From contig SMSO01000025.1 in the NCBI GenBank assembly GCA_004764695.1, positions 620,001 to 684,000 of the forward strand: a stretch of DNA of 64,000 nucleotides. Reading direction: 5' to 3'. The stretch's first letter is position 1; every line of letters starts with the position of its first letter. The notes under the pieces are model-generated. The model was not told the origin of the DNA, searched no databases, and saw only the letters and a list, made by a program, of their open reading frames with translations. The position numbers and the translations under genes were made by a program. Positions 11,692-23,345 of this stretch are shown piece after piece. The stretch comes from Schizochytrium sp. TIO01. Taxonomy: Eukaryota > Protista > Bigyra: Labyrinthulomycetes.

Positions 11692-13470
11692 TTATGTCTT
11701 ATGTCTCACCTTTTGCTTCACCATAGATAGTGCCCTCTGAACAATACTTGATGAGCGAGACCGGGTACGTGAATGGGGCTCTGATAGATCTGCTTTTTCC
11801 TTTTGTTCTTTGACGTCCCCGAACTTATCTTTGGCATCATTAATTAATCCAAATTTATGCATTGCGGATACAGACGAAACCTCCTCACTAGTCTCTACTT
11901 CATTATTCGCCACTTCTGGGCCGAGCCAATGCTCAAATGCTTGCAGCCATGCCACATGTTCTACCATGCTGCCGTTTGTAGCATATACAAGCGACAGAAT
12001 TTCAGGTAAAGCCTTTTGAGCTTGGCTAGCCTCTATATCCGAAGATGGAAAACTTGCTAATATAGCTCCAAATTCTGGATTCGGGTGGCCAAAGAGAACA
12101 AAGCGCATGCGTTCTTCATCAACACGTAAGCGCCCATAAGCATATATCGCTTCTCGAGATAACTCACGAGCAGGCCCCAGAGATCCATGCACATAAATTA
12201 GATGTGCTGCAGGGTCAACTTGGATACTAACATCATTGGCAAACTCAAGCTCGGATGAAATAAGAGCATCAACATTTTCGTCAATATGATCAAGTAGAGA
12301 ACGCAACATATTGCCAATTTGATCATGCTCGCGTAGTGCCAGAAGCGCTTCCTCGAGATTTTGGCGTAAACTAACATTTTCAGCCTCAAGACGCTGTATT
12401 CTCTGCGAAATTGTTTCATTTGAGGTGACTCTCATTGTAATAGTCCGACACCTTTGCGCAAATCTGCATGTTGAAAGTGATTCAGTGATATGGGAAACTT
12501 CTGGATTTATTGTCACAAGAAACGCTGTCTGGCAATTTCCTGTCAAGCTGTCACGTAGCAAAGAAGTCATTGTGGAATTTCGAAATCCTACATGGCCTTG
12601 CCTACCCTGAAGATTCATGATTACCTGTTCCAAGAAATGAAGGGAAAGGTTAATATGCTTGGATGTTTGATCTTGGGTTCGCTCGGACCCTGCAAGGTCA
12701 ACGAAATTAATACGTCCAATGTGTGTCTCAGTCTCGATATCCACAGAGAAGACGCAGTGAGACCGCGAACTTGACATATTCAGTGTGGTACTGCCTGTAC
12801 TCCTCTCTATATTCCCTGCAAAAAAACAGTCTAATGCGCTTTCCTCGTCTACTGCATCACGCACTCCAAGCCCCCGAAGTTCCACTGTTGGCTGAGCTTG
12901 GCTATTTTTCCTCCTTGCCCGACTTTCCCGAACAATCATTGCCACGCGCTTCCTTTCATTCAGAAGGTCGTAAATTATTTCATTATAAACCTCAACAAAG
13001 GAAACTCGGCAACGTTTCAGTCGCGGATCTTCAAAGATAACGGACAGAGCACGAGGAACAACTCCACGGGACTCATAAGTCTCTCGCCCAGTCATGGTGT
13101 AAGTCTTGCCCGACCCAGTCTGACCATAGGCAAAAAGAGTACAGTTTACGCCTTCAAGTACTGCTGCGAGAAGAGGACGCACTGTAGCGCTAAATACATC
13201 TTCTTGCGTCGCATCGGGGCCGAAGACCCCATCAAAAGGGAACTTACTAGTCTGGGATGAGCGTTGTACCTGTTGTGTTGACGGTTCATCCGCGCTTCCT
13301 ATCTGGTGTTTGGTGGCCCACGCGGAGTCACTTGTCATTGGATTAAGCACATAGAGCATATTCCGTGATGCGTCGATATGGATTGCGCTTGGTGCATAGC
13401 TGAGACTGTCTCCATCGTCTTCATTTTCGAGGGTTCCACCCCTCACTCGCGCATAGGTCCTAATTCGCAT
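11692..13470 (-). CDS. Kinesin-9 family (KIF6/KIF9-like) motor protein
   Basis: P-loop FAYGQTGSGKTYT, switch I SSRSH and switch II DLAGSER. The KIF6-type segments YESRGVVPRALSVIF and INLSLHFLEQVI are present, followed by a coiled-coil neck. Confidence 0.9.
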   Translation of the reverse strand: MRIRTYARVRGGTLENEDDGDSLSYAPSAIHIDASRNMLYVLNPMTSDSAWATKHQIGSADEPSTQQVQRSSQTSKFPFDGVFGPDATQEDVFSATVRPLLAAVLEGVNCTLFAYGQTGSGKTYTMTGRETYESRGVVPRALSVIFEDPRLKRCRVSFVEVYNEIIYDLLNERKRVAMIVRESRARRKNSQAQPTVELRGLGVRDAVDEESALDCFFAGNIERSTGSTTLNMSSSRSHCVFSVDIETETHIGRINFVDLAGSERTQDQTSKHINLSLHFLEQVIMNLQGRQGHVGFRNSTMTSLLRDSLTGNCQTAFLVTINPEVSHITESLSTCRFAQRCRTITMRVTSNETISQRIQRLEAENVSLRQNLEEALLALREHDQIGNMLRSLLDHIDENVDALISSELEFANDVSIQVDPAAHLIYVHGSLGPARELSREAIYAYGRLRVDEERMRFVLFGHPNPEFGAILASFPSSDIEASQAQKALPEILSLVYATNGSMVEHVAWLQAFEHWLGPEVANNEVETSEEVSSVSAMHKFGLINDAKDKFGDVKEQKEKADLSEPHSRTRSRSSSIVQRALSMVKQKVRHKT

Positions 13471-14277
13471 GCTCTCAATACCTGCTCACGCCAGAAGACG
13501 TACGCATATGCTCCTGGGAAGAGCAGCTTTAAATTATGATTTGAAGTATGTTGACCTCTTCTGGAAACCTTTCTATTCTTATATTCTCAGCAAAGCCAGA
13601 ATATGTGTAAGTTCCTATTCTCCTGGACCAAGATGGTAGCGGAGGAACGCCCTTTGCTGAAAGGCAGTCCTTGTCTTGCCCTGCGATCTCCCCTCCTTTC
13701 CCTTTGCTTCTCTGTTGCACCGATTTCACTTTTCCAGGTAGAGTCCAAGTCCACTGTGTTACCTCCAAGAACTGGACCTACTGACGCTAAGTTGTATACC
13801 AGTCCACGTAAGAAACTGATACACGGTCCGTCTCTTCCTATCCAATCCCTCGCTCAATTCTTGCGCAAGCAGCCCAGGTCCCTCTCACGCTTCAAGCTCT
13901 GATTTAGTTGCTCTAATTGTCTACTTTTTCTTCTCAAGTTTTCTAAGGCCGGCTATGTATGCATCCCAGCACTCCTATTGTGTGCTGTATATGTGTTGAT
14001 TTCTCTTTTTATCAACAGGGAAACTGTTCTGACTTATTAGTTCTGTGTTGCAATGGCTTTCTGTACCAGCATCGACGTTTCGTCTTCGGCTGCAAGTTCT
14101 TTGTGTCATGTGCAATCCCAAAAGACAAGGAAAGGCTAGCCAATGCAAAGTCAAAGCACCTTACATCACAACCGCATAGAGGTCCGTTACGATTGACAAT
14201 GTGCATTTGACCGAATACAAGACCCAGTGTATAACCCAAAATGTGTTGTGGTCTTGCGCGACTGCTTCCGATCATTT

Positions 14278-14372
14278 AAAAAAAAAAAAAAAAAAAAAAA
14301 AAACATTCTGAAAGTCTTATTATCTTATGTTAGATAGGTAGGTAGGTAGGTAGGTAGCTAGCTACCTATCTA
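14278..14372. repeat. Poly-A tract (26 A) followed by a (TAGG)n microsatellite ending in a palindrome
   Basis: Read directly: A run at 14278-14303; TAGG repeats at 14335-14357 running into CTAGCTACCTATCTA. Confidence 0.9.
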
Positions 14373-14451
14373 TAGCCAATTAAAAGGGAGTCTGGGTAGT
14401 TGAGAATTCACCTCCACGACATAGGACCAGCGTATTGTCTTTCCTTAACCT

Positions 14452-15123
14452 ATGGATCAAATCTTCATCTACATCGAGGCGTTGCCGGTGTGTCGGATGC
14501 TTCCTGGACTTGGACAAGCACTTAGAGGAGGGCGCCTGCTTCGACGCAGCGTGCCAGGTCTGGAATTGCGCAGTACTTCAGCAAACCGTGCCAACACCTC
14601 GCAGGGCTCACTAAATCTCCACAAAGATCCTGAAAAAGGGATCTCTACAGCTGCTCAAACTATTAGTTTAGCCAAAAGAACAATGTCAACTACAAAGAAG
14701 GAGAGAAACCAACGCGAGAACTATCGTTACTGGCTGCCAATCCAGACGAGATGGGGCGATAATGACATGTATGGGCATGTCAATAATGTGGTATATTATG
14801 CCTACTTTGATTCGATTGTAAACCACTTTCTGATTTCTGAGGCGGGGCTTGATCCCATGACATCTGATGCAATCGGCCTTTGTATTGAAAGCTATTGCAA
14901 CTACTATGCATCTCTTGAGTATCCAGAGATAATTGAAGCCGGTCTATTTGTCTCCCACTTAGGCAATTCCTCGTTGAAGTACGAAGTGGGCATCTTTAAG
15001 AAAGGAAGCAATGAGCCGGCTGCCCACGGTCACTTTGTGCATGTTTTTGTAGACCGAACCACTCGCCGCCCGGTTAAGATTCCTGAGCAGATTGCTAGCA
15101 AGGTGAAAGGAAGCTTATTATGA
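14452..15123 (+). CDS. Hotdog-fold acyl-CoA thioesterase (4HBT/YbgC family); likely start at Met 14497 with an Arg-rich, possibly mitochondrial, presequence
   Basis: Motifs TRWGDNDMYGHVNNVVYY, LGNSSLKYEVGIF and GHFVHVFVD. The N-terminal extension MLPGLGQALRGGRLLRRS is Arg/Leu-rich. Confidence 0.9.
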   Translation: MDQIFIYIEALPVCRMLPGLGQALRGGRLLRRSVPGLELRSTSANRANTSQGSLNLHKDPEKGISTAAQTISLAKRTMSTTKKERNQRENYRYWLPIQTRWGDNDMYGHVNNVVYYAYFDSIVNHFLISEAGLDPMTSDAIGLCIESYCNYYASLEYPEIIEAGLFVSHLGNSSLKYEVGIFKKGSNEPAAHGHFVHVFVDRTTRRPVKIPEQIASKVKGSLL

Positions 15124-15374
15124 TTGCCTGAATTTACGAAGAGAAGAAACACAGCAATTTTCTCTACCCCCTTCCCACAATGTGGATGCTTTGATCCTCC
15201 GCCCTCTTTAAGAATAGAAACATGAATCTACGTAGCTGAGTGAGTGATATTGCTGAGTTAAGACATGGAATAAAAACTAGATAGGGCACGGTCGACGCCA
15301 AGCCAAGGAGTTACTTTGGTTTTAAAATATCATTCTACTTTTAATAATGTTTTTTTTTTTGTCTTTGCTTGAAT

Positions 15375-16853
15375 CTACTTTGATAGGAGTCGAGCTTGTT
15401 GTCCAGGATGGAATAATGTACAAAACGGAAAAAAATAATGGCCATCTACGTCTCCGGGTAATTGCTCAAGAACAACTAATTTTAAGCGAATGCCTCCCTT
15501 ATAATATTCAATGGTTCTCAAACTTGAGTCCAAAACGATTGTAACAATATTCTTGTTATCAATAGTCTGTTGACATATGGCTTTATCAGTTGTATCAGAC
15601 ACTTCAAAAATCACTGTATCACGAACAAAGGCTGTATCATTTAGATGTGCAGCCGTGGCGACCCCTGCAGAAACCCATTGACGAGACTGAAGACCAGAAA
15701 ATTCGATACGCATGACTATAGTGCCATCCGCATAACCATCGCTTCCGAACATGCTTGCTTTTGCATCCTGTTCTCCAATATGTGTTGCACAAATTTCAGA
15801 TTCTGATAGTTCTAGAAGGTGTGTGTCAGAACGATTCTTATCCCAACGCAAAGGTCGACTACTAAAATCAAATGGTTTGATACTTTCGAGGCTCCCGACT
15901 GTTCCAAAAGTTGCAATTCGCTGATGCATCCATTCGTCATAACGAAACTCAATTTTAGGGGCTTTAAACTGAGAGAATTTGTCCTCAGGGCTCTGTTTTT
16001 CTTCGTCACTACATTTACCTTCTCCAGAATTCACTTGTAGTTTCTCAGTCTTCATGTCTCCTCCACTTGACTTGCTCTCACTCTTGTCGCCAGATGCAGC
16101 ACCAAGGGCTTCGTCCTCTGCCTGTTCCCGTTTCACCCGAGACAGCACAGAATCAATTCTTGTAGCAATATGATCAAGGTCTCCCCGTTGCTCGTACAAC
16201 TCGGCAAGTAGATGCAGGTCGTCCCTGGTAGATATCTTATTTCCACGATCAAGAAGTGTCTCAGATAAGTCCATAATCTCAGACAGTGCTCCAAGTCCAG
16301 CGGTCAACATTTCGTTGCGACGCCTTGCAACTTCAAAGGCAATACGAACTAGGCATTCCTCCCGTTCGCGAAGAGATCGCATAAAAACGGCAAAGGTCTT
16401 TTGAATTTCTTGAATAGTTTCATCTCTGGCATCGTCCAATATTGCAACTCTTCGTTGTGCTGTGCTCGAAAGTTCCTCTGCTCGGTGTTGCATAGAAGAA
16501 GTATATGTCAGCAACTTCCTCAGGTCATCCCTTCTTTCTTCAGCTGTTTCGCGCAGAACTTCAATTAATTCCTCCACCGCAAGTCCTCGCCAGGGCACTC
16601 CGACACGCTCACTCTGGAGGCGAATATCGTCTGCAACCTCTTTCTGAATCAATGTCATCTCAATGTGGTGATCGATAAATCCAGCAGCAAATGCTGCATT
16701 GCACAAACGTCGATCTGCTTCGGTTTCTTCGAGCAATCGTGCGTACTGGATTTGCTGCTGTTCGTTTAGCTCGTCACCTTCACGGCGAAGCGTGCGCAAA
16801 TCAGCCTGCCGCTGCCAGACCTCTTCGCCTGCAGCATGGTAGGGCTCCGACAT
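15375..16853 (-). CDS. Coiled-coil + B30.2/SPRY-like domain protein (TRIM-like C-terminal half)
   Basis: TRIM-type coiled coil (EIQKTFAVFMRSLREREECL) and C-terminal SPRY-like strands (LRWD, WVSAGVA, IVTIVLD..RTIEYY, FFPFCTL). The start was taken at MSEPY (16853); an upstream exon is possible. Confidence 0.7.
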   Translation of the reverse strand: MSEPYHAAGEEVWQRQADLRTLRREGDELNEQQQIQYARLLEETEADRRLCNAAFAAGFIDHHIEMTLIQKEVADDIRLQSERVGVPWRGLAVEELIEVLRETAEERRDDLRKLLTYTSSMQHRAEELSSTAQRRVAILDDARDETIQEIQKTFAVFMRSLREREECLVRIAFEVARRRNEMLTAGLGALSEIMDLSETLLDRGNKISTRDDLHLLAELYEQRGDLDHIATRIDSVLSRVKREQAEDEALGAASGDKSESKSSGGDMKTEKLQVNSGEGKCSDEEKQSPEDKFSQFKAPKIEFRYDEWMHQRIATFGTVGSLESIKPFDFSSRPLRWDKNRSDTHLLELSESEICATHIGEQDAKASMFGSDGYADGTIVMRIEFSGLQSRQWVSAGVATAAHLNDTAFVRDTVIFEVSDTTDKAICQQTIDNKNIVTIVLDSSLRTIEYYKGGIRLKLVVLEQLPGDVDGHYFFPFCTLFHPGQQARLLSK

Positions 16854-17836
16854 TTCCACCACGCAAGCTAAAAGAGACGTACTGTTTATATTTGGGAGGC
16901 TTACCAAATCACCAACTTTGTGAGGAAAGTCTTCAAACTGTAGAAGATAATGAATCGATTCGTGAATTTTTAAGCACGTACTATTTACTGCTTTTCTACT
17001 CAAACGAGATTTTATACTACCAATTACTTGCAAGTAGCACGATGAAAAATTGTAATGTTAGTAGAAGCACTTTCTATTGTCAATAGATTTTTTTTAATAA
17101 AAAAGAAAAAGGAAAAGAGGTTCTAAAAGACAGAAAAGGAAGGTGTGTACTAAGATATTTAGCCGTTGAACCCGAGGATTCTCAAAGACCCTCAAGGGCT
17201 GGATTCTGCTGATCAAGTCGCTACGATAAGCGGTCGTTTGTAGTACGCATAAATGGGTCGATGGGGGGAGGAAAGAAAGAGAAAAATTAAGCCTTTTCAT
17301 TCAGAAAAGTGAAAAACAATAAAAGCTCTGCGGAGGAGTTCCTGGGGGGATCGAAACTCTTTATATTAACATTACTAATTTAATATTAAAAAAACAAAAT
17401 AAAAATTATTTTAACATAGCATTAGTAGGTGTGCTCTTTGTCTTTTCTCCTACAAGCGTGGCGCCCTATTGCTTGCCTATCGGCATTAACCTTTACTTTC
17501 AGTTTCCCTCAACAGCGCGACATCCATAGTACGCGGTCAAGTCCTTCGTTGTGGTAAACGCTACAATCAGAACACGCAAGTTTAAAAGGCTATTTCGCTC
17601 GCGTGGGGTAGTGAACCAGGTGTAGCTCGGGAACGAGCAAACAGGGTAGAATTATTGGGTCATCAGAGCGCTAAGCGCCAAGCGCCAAGCATAGCGCTTT
17701 CCCGTCGGACCTCTCGCTAATTTGGTCAAAAAGCAGAGCGAAAGTGGGGGAAATCTCTTTTACGCCAAGGGTGGAGTACGTCTCCCTGCGTTTGTGAGCC
17801 TTGGGCAGGCACTTTGCATAGATTCTGACGATTAGG

Positions 17837-20800
17837 ATGAATCATTCCATTGATGCAATGCTAAATTCCCCATGCACTCCTCCGACACCAAGAGCAATGC
17901 ACCGGCGTCGTGGTTCCGGCGTTGAAGAAGTCGTAAGCTCTATTCGTGTGGCAGTTCGTGTGCGTCCGTTCTCAAAGAAAGAACAGACCGCTGGGGCCCG
18001 ACGGATTGTAGAAATGGACGGCGATACAACAATTCTCACCGACCCAACCATGTTTTTGCATCTAGATGAATCACCAAACGACAATGACCTTATTGACGAC
18101 ACCGAGGTGTGGCGAACACAATTTACTTTTGACCGCTGTTTTTGGTCATTTGATAGAAGCACTGGCCCTTCTGGTTATTATGCATCGCAACAAACAGTCT
18201 TTGACACATATGGTCCATGGATTATTGAGAACGCAGTTGAAGGATTTAACTGCTCCCTTTTTGCATATGGTCAGACCGGCTCAGGTAAGACGCATACCAT
18301 GATGGGCAGTGATGTTGATATTAGTCCCAATGGGGATGCAGGGTTTATCCCGCGTCTTTGCAGTGGTATATTTGGGGAAATCAACAAACGATCTATCCCG
18401 CGCATCCCAGCAATAGGAAATGAAAAACTAGGCCGGAGTTCTTTTCATATTGAGGCGTCATATTTCGAAATTTATAATGAGCGTGTATTCGATTTACTCA
18501 ATCCTAACAATCGTATGGATGTATCTGCAAGTCTTCGTGTAAGAGAGCATCCTAAAACTGGTGCATATGTTGAAGATCTGCTGACGATTGTGGTTAGTTC
18601 CTACCACGAAATTGAGGAACTTTTGAAGCAAGGTTCAATGGCCCGTCGGGTTGCAGAAACAAAAATGAATAAGGAAAGTTCACGATCTCACGCAGTTTTT
18701 CAGCTCAACCTTCATAAGCAACGAGAACTTCCCGATGCAAAACGAGTTGAGCAAAGCTCTCGGTTATATTTAGTTGACCTTGCGGGATCAGAACGTGTGA
18801 GTGCGTCAGGTGCAACCGGCGCACGTCTCAAAGAAGCCGCAAATATCAATCGCTCATTGTCAGCACTCTCTGATGTGATAAAAGCACTCACTACGCCTCG
18901 TGCAAACGACCCCTCTGGTAAACATTTTGTTCCTTACCGCAACAGTGCTTTGACATGGCTCCTCAAAGAGTCTTTGGGCGGGAATGCAAAAACTGTGATG
19001 CTGGCCACAGTCTCTCCCGATGCTGTGAACTATCAAGAAACACTAAGCACCTTGAAATATGCGGAGCGGGCTAAAAAGATTGTCAACAAGGCACGTGTGA
19101 ACAAAGAGTCCAACGCTGCACTCGTGGAGGCTTTGCAACTTGAGATTCAGCAACTTCGGGAGCAGCTTGCGCGCTATGAACATGAGGTAAACGAAACTCC
19201 CTCTAGTCCTAATTCTGCTTCTTCTCGTGGCAAACGTTCAGATGTGGACCGCCGTAAGCTCTTAGTACGACTAGAGTCTCAGGAGAAGCTGGTCTCAAGC
19301 CTGTCGGCTTCTTGGGAGCAGAAACGCGAACTTGCTCAGGAGCATTTTGCAGAATTAGAATCCCAAAATGCCAAACTCCAACAAGAACGTGCGGAGATGG
19401 AGGCAGAAATGAATCGTTTGCGATCAGAGAAATTAGCACGCGAATTAGAAGATGAAAAGCGAAGACAAGAACGACAACAGCGACAAAAACAACAAATTGA
19501 ACAACAGCTGCTGAAACGCAAACAGGAGCAGACTAAGCAACAAAGCGCTCAGCGGGAGCTTGAGGAACTCAGATTAAGGGCAGACTCCTTAGAAGAGGCT
19601 CTTATTGCAGCACAACATGAACGCGATATCGCTGTTGATGAATGCAGCGAAGCACAACGTAATCAAGCAATACTTGAGAAAAAGTTATTGAAATCCCGCC
19701 AACGTGTTGACTCACGAAGTTCTCGTTTAGAATCCCTTTACAGACTGATTTTGGAAAACCAAACTTTCGTAAATAACACTGAAGAACCTAACCTTTTTGG
19801 AAACTCGCCTGAGGGAGTCGAAGATAGTGGAGTCGATGAGGCAAAGGATGAATCATCTTCTCAGGGTACATCAATTAGTTCAAAATCTGCAAAATCTGAA
19901 AATTTAGTTGTTAATGTTGAGTCGACTCTTAAGAAACAGCTATTGAGAGCTCAAGACTTAGAAATACGATGCAACAACTTGGAAATGTACAAGAACATTC
20001 TTAGACCCCTGGAAGAGGTTTTGGGATCAAGCAAAGAAGCACTTGCATCTGCCCTAGAGCGGATGAGTAGCGAGCTGAAAAAGGATAAAAATGCGCTTCA
20101 TCATTTTGCAGCTTTCAAGGAGACAGAATTACAGCAGGCCAAGCAACTTAATGAAGCAGAAGCTCGTCTGCAGAGTGATGTAGATGCATTAAGACATCAG
20201 CTCGAGGCTACATCTCACGATTTATCACTTAAGAATGAAGAGGTCAAAGCTCTTAATGTAGAGCTATCTGGACTTAAAAGCAATATTCAAGTTTCAGATG
20301 AGGAGCAAGTGCAGTTTCAGCAGCATGTGCAAGCTATGACCCAGGAATTGTTAACTAAACAAAAAGCAGTCACTTCGATTGCAGAGGAGCTTGAAAAGAC
20401 CCAAACCTTATTGGGAGCTCAAAGAGATGATATCACTAGCACCCAGGCAGAACTTCGTCAAGCATGTGACCGAAATAAGAGGCTACAAGATGAGCTGGAA
20501 CAGACACAAAGCCAGCTCAACGATACACAGGATCAGCTGCGGGTAAGTCAAGAGAATCTCGAAGTGTCCCATAATGATTTGTCGAAGGCTCAACAAGAAA
20601 TAAAGGCGTTAACTCAGGATTTGGTTGTCAAGCAAAACGCTCTTTCTATGACATCAAACGAGTTAGAAAAGGCTGTTGCTCAAGTAGAATCTCAAAGGGA
20701 GGACCTTTCCACATTTCGAAAAGAACTGGATGAGGTCTCCGAGGAGCGAGGGGCTTTAAAAGAGCAACTTCAAGAGTCCTTGGATGCTCTTGATGTTGAG

Positions 20801-22709
20801 AAAGAAGAAAGACTCCAATCTGAGCAGAGAGAGCAAACTAAAATTGTAGAGCTAGCAGAGAAAGAAGCAGTCATGTGCAAGTACGCTACAGAGCTTGAGC
20901 ATTCTTTATCTCAGCTGGAGTCTCGAAATAGGGAAATCACTGGAATTCAACAAGAACTACGTGAGGTCTGTGGAGAAAGGAATCTTTTACAGAACCAACT
21001 GCAGGAAGCACGGAGTGCTACCAACGCTGAAAGTGAAGAAAAGTTGCAATTCGAGAACACCTTACAAAGCATGACAACTGAGCTGACAGCCAAGCAGGAG
21101 CTTTTATCCGCACAGTCTGAGCAACTGAAGGATGCTCGCAAACAAATTGAGTCTCAAGTTAAAGAGCTTGCCCAAATTCAACAAAAATTGAAAAGTGTCT
21201 ATGAAGAAAATGAAGACTTACAGCAATTGCATCAAAGACATTCAAAATAACAAGAGTAGTGGCGACGAGAAAGAGCTACAGCTACAGCAGGATGTGCTTG
21301 CCCTAACGAAGGAGCTGACGGCCAAAAAAGAGTCACGGGCAGCGTTATCAAAGGAACTTGAAGAAAGCCGTACCCAGTTAGAGACTGAAAGAAACGAGGT
21401 AGCAGTGATTCGGCTCGAGCTAGAAAACACTGACGTTCAAAATAAACTTTTACAACGCCAGCTACAGGACGCACACAGTAATGTGGAAAGTGCAAATGCA
21501 AAGCAACAACAATTACAGCAGGAAATGCAGAAAGTATCAGAGGAGCTTAAGGCAAGACAAGACAGCCTTACTACGTTGTCTCAAAAGTTGGAAGTAGCTC
21601 ACACGCAAATTGTAACTCTCCAAAGCAATCTAGAGATGGTACATCAGGATCTCAAACAATCGCGTGAAGAGAATCAGGTATTGCAGGGCGCTCTTCAGGA
21701 CGAACGTGAGGCTCGCGAATCCGCTGAAAGAGCGAAATCAGCCCTTGATGAAGATCTGCGAAAGACTGAAGAGCTATCAAACATTCATGCAAAAGAGATA
21801 GGGGGTCTCAAAGCTGATATCGAACGTCTTCAAAGAGAATTATGTGCAAAGACAAACGCTAGTGAGCTTTTGAGCTCTGAGCTTGAGGGTCTACGGCAGC
21901 AATCTGCCCATTGGCGTCAGTTGCACCAGGACGACATTCGCACTTTAGAGCTGCAGATAAGTAGCATGGAAGCTGACCACACAGCACTTAGTGCTAAGCT
22001 CAAGAGGGCCTCTGAAGAGCTGGAGACATTTCAATCAAGTCAAGGCAGCCTAAACCGGGATTGGGAAAGCAAGTGTATGGAGAAAGACTCTGAGGTTGAA
22101 GAATTAGAAGAACAACTTCGTGCGCAGCAGCAGTCTTTCGAGATTGAGCGAAAAGAGCTGAACCTTGCTGTGACTACAGCACTTAGTCAACTATCAGTCC
22201 TTCAAAGCAATTTGAGCTTGCTTGAAAAGTCAAATCACTCCGTGAGTCAAGCACGAACAAGAGAGAAGGACTCTTTAGAGGGGCAGATGGATACACTTAT
22301 TCGCGATAAATCAATCCTGGAGGGCGAACTTCGCAGCAAGATAGATGAGTGTGACCGCTGGAGGTCATCGGAAATGAATGCGATCAAAGCAAATTCTCGT
22401 TTGGAAATTGAGCTGCTAACCGTGAAGGATCAAAATAACTTCCTTGAAGAAACAGAAGGTAAACTTCGTGACCAGGTTTCACAACTTAGTAAGGTCAAGC
22501 AAGAGCTGACTCAAAAGCTGTATGTATTCGAGCAACAGTCGAACCAGGAGACAAGTGCGCTAAAACGATCCTTGCAGCAACTTCAAGCGGAGGTAGATGC
22601 ACTGCGACAACAGCTTGAAAACGAAAGGATCGCGTTTGATACAATATTCAAGGCGCAATCGGAGACTTTACAGTACACGACCTTTAATCCTCACGAGACT
22701 GAAGAATAG
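17837..22709 (+). CDS. Kinesin-3 family (KIF1/KIF13/KIF14-like) motor with long coiled-coil tail; reading frame interrupted by a +1 frameshift at about 21227-21230
   Basis: Motor motifs VAVRVRPF, FTFD.CFWSFD, GQTGSGKT, LRVREHP, SSRSHAVF, DLAGSER and PYRNSALTWLLKESLGGNAKT. ORFs 17837-21250 and 21195-22709 overlap and continue the same 77-aa coiled-coil periodicity. Confidence 0.88.
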
Positions 22710-23345
22710 AAAATATCTATTGAGTTTTCCCATCAGAAATTTTTATTACTACGTGTATATTCACCAGGAGACGCCTCTTTGTGATGCTACTCTAACATAT
22801 TAAAACTTCGGTACCATGAGTAAATAATTAGGTTGTTTAAAGTTTCACTGAGCAGAACATTCGGAAATCAGTATTCAAAAGTAAAATAGATTTGATTGCG
22901 TGTTTGTATTTTGTGCTTACCATGCTGTTCATACACAAAAGGCCTGTAATTTGTGTATCATTACTATTCTTGTTTACCGAACACACATTAAACTGCGAAA
23001 TATGGAGTATAAAAGTGCAAGGGTATCGTCAAGCAGATTGAGGAAATTTCAAATAACTTCCACATTAGGTGCAATGGTATGAAGGCTGGTCCGTAATAGA
23101 AAGAGCAGTTGAAAGCAAACATCTATAGGTTTGTTGGAAATGCGGTACTTAGGAACTGTACTAGTGTTGTATATAATTCAACTTAAGTGAAATAGTCAAT
23201 CAAGGAGTGAGTTTATTTGCTCATGGATTTGTTATATTTAATGAAGTCAATTGGACCTACGCGGAATGATTGGGTGCCTGTTATGTGCTGTTGTATCAAA
23301 GATAGAAGGAGGCGATCCTTGGTGTATTTTTATAATCGTGTTTTG

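Noticed and set aside
14278-14303. Poly-A tract as a retroposon tail
   Set aside because: No target-site duplication or recognisable element body could be identified.
17320-17362. GTTTCGATCCCC on the minus strand resembling a tRNA T-loop
   Set aside because: No acceptor, D or anticodon arms can be formed, and the flanking DNA is AT-rich.
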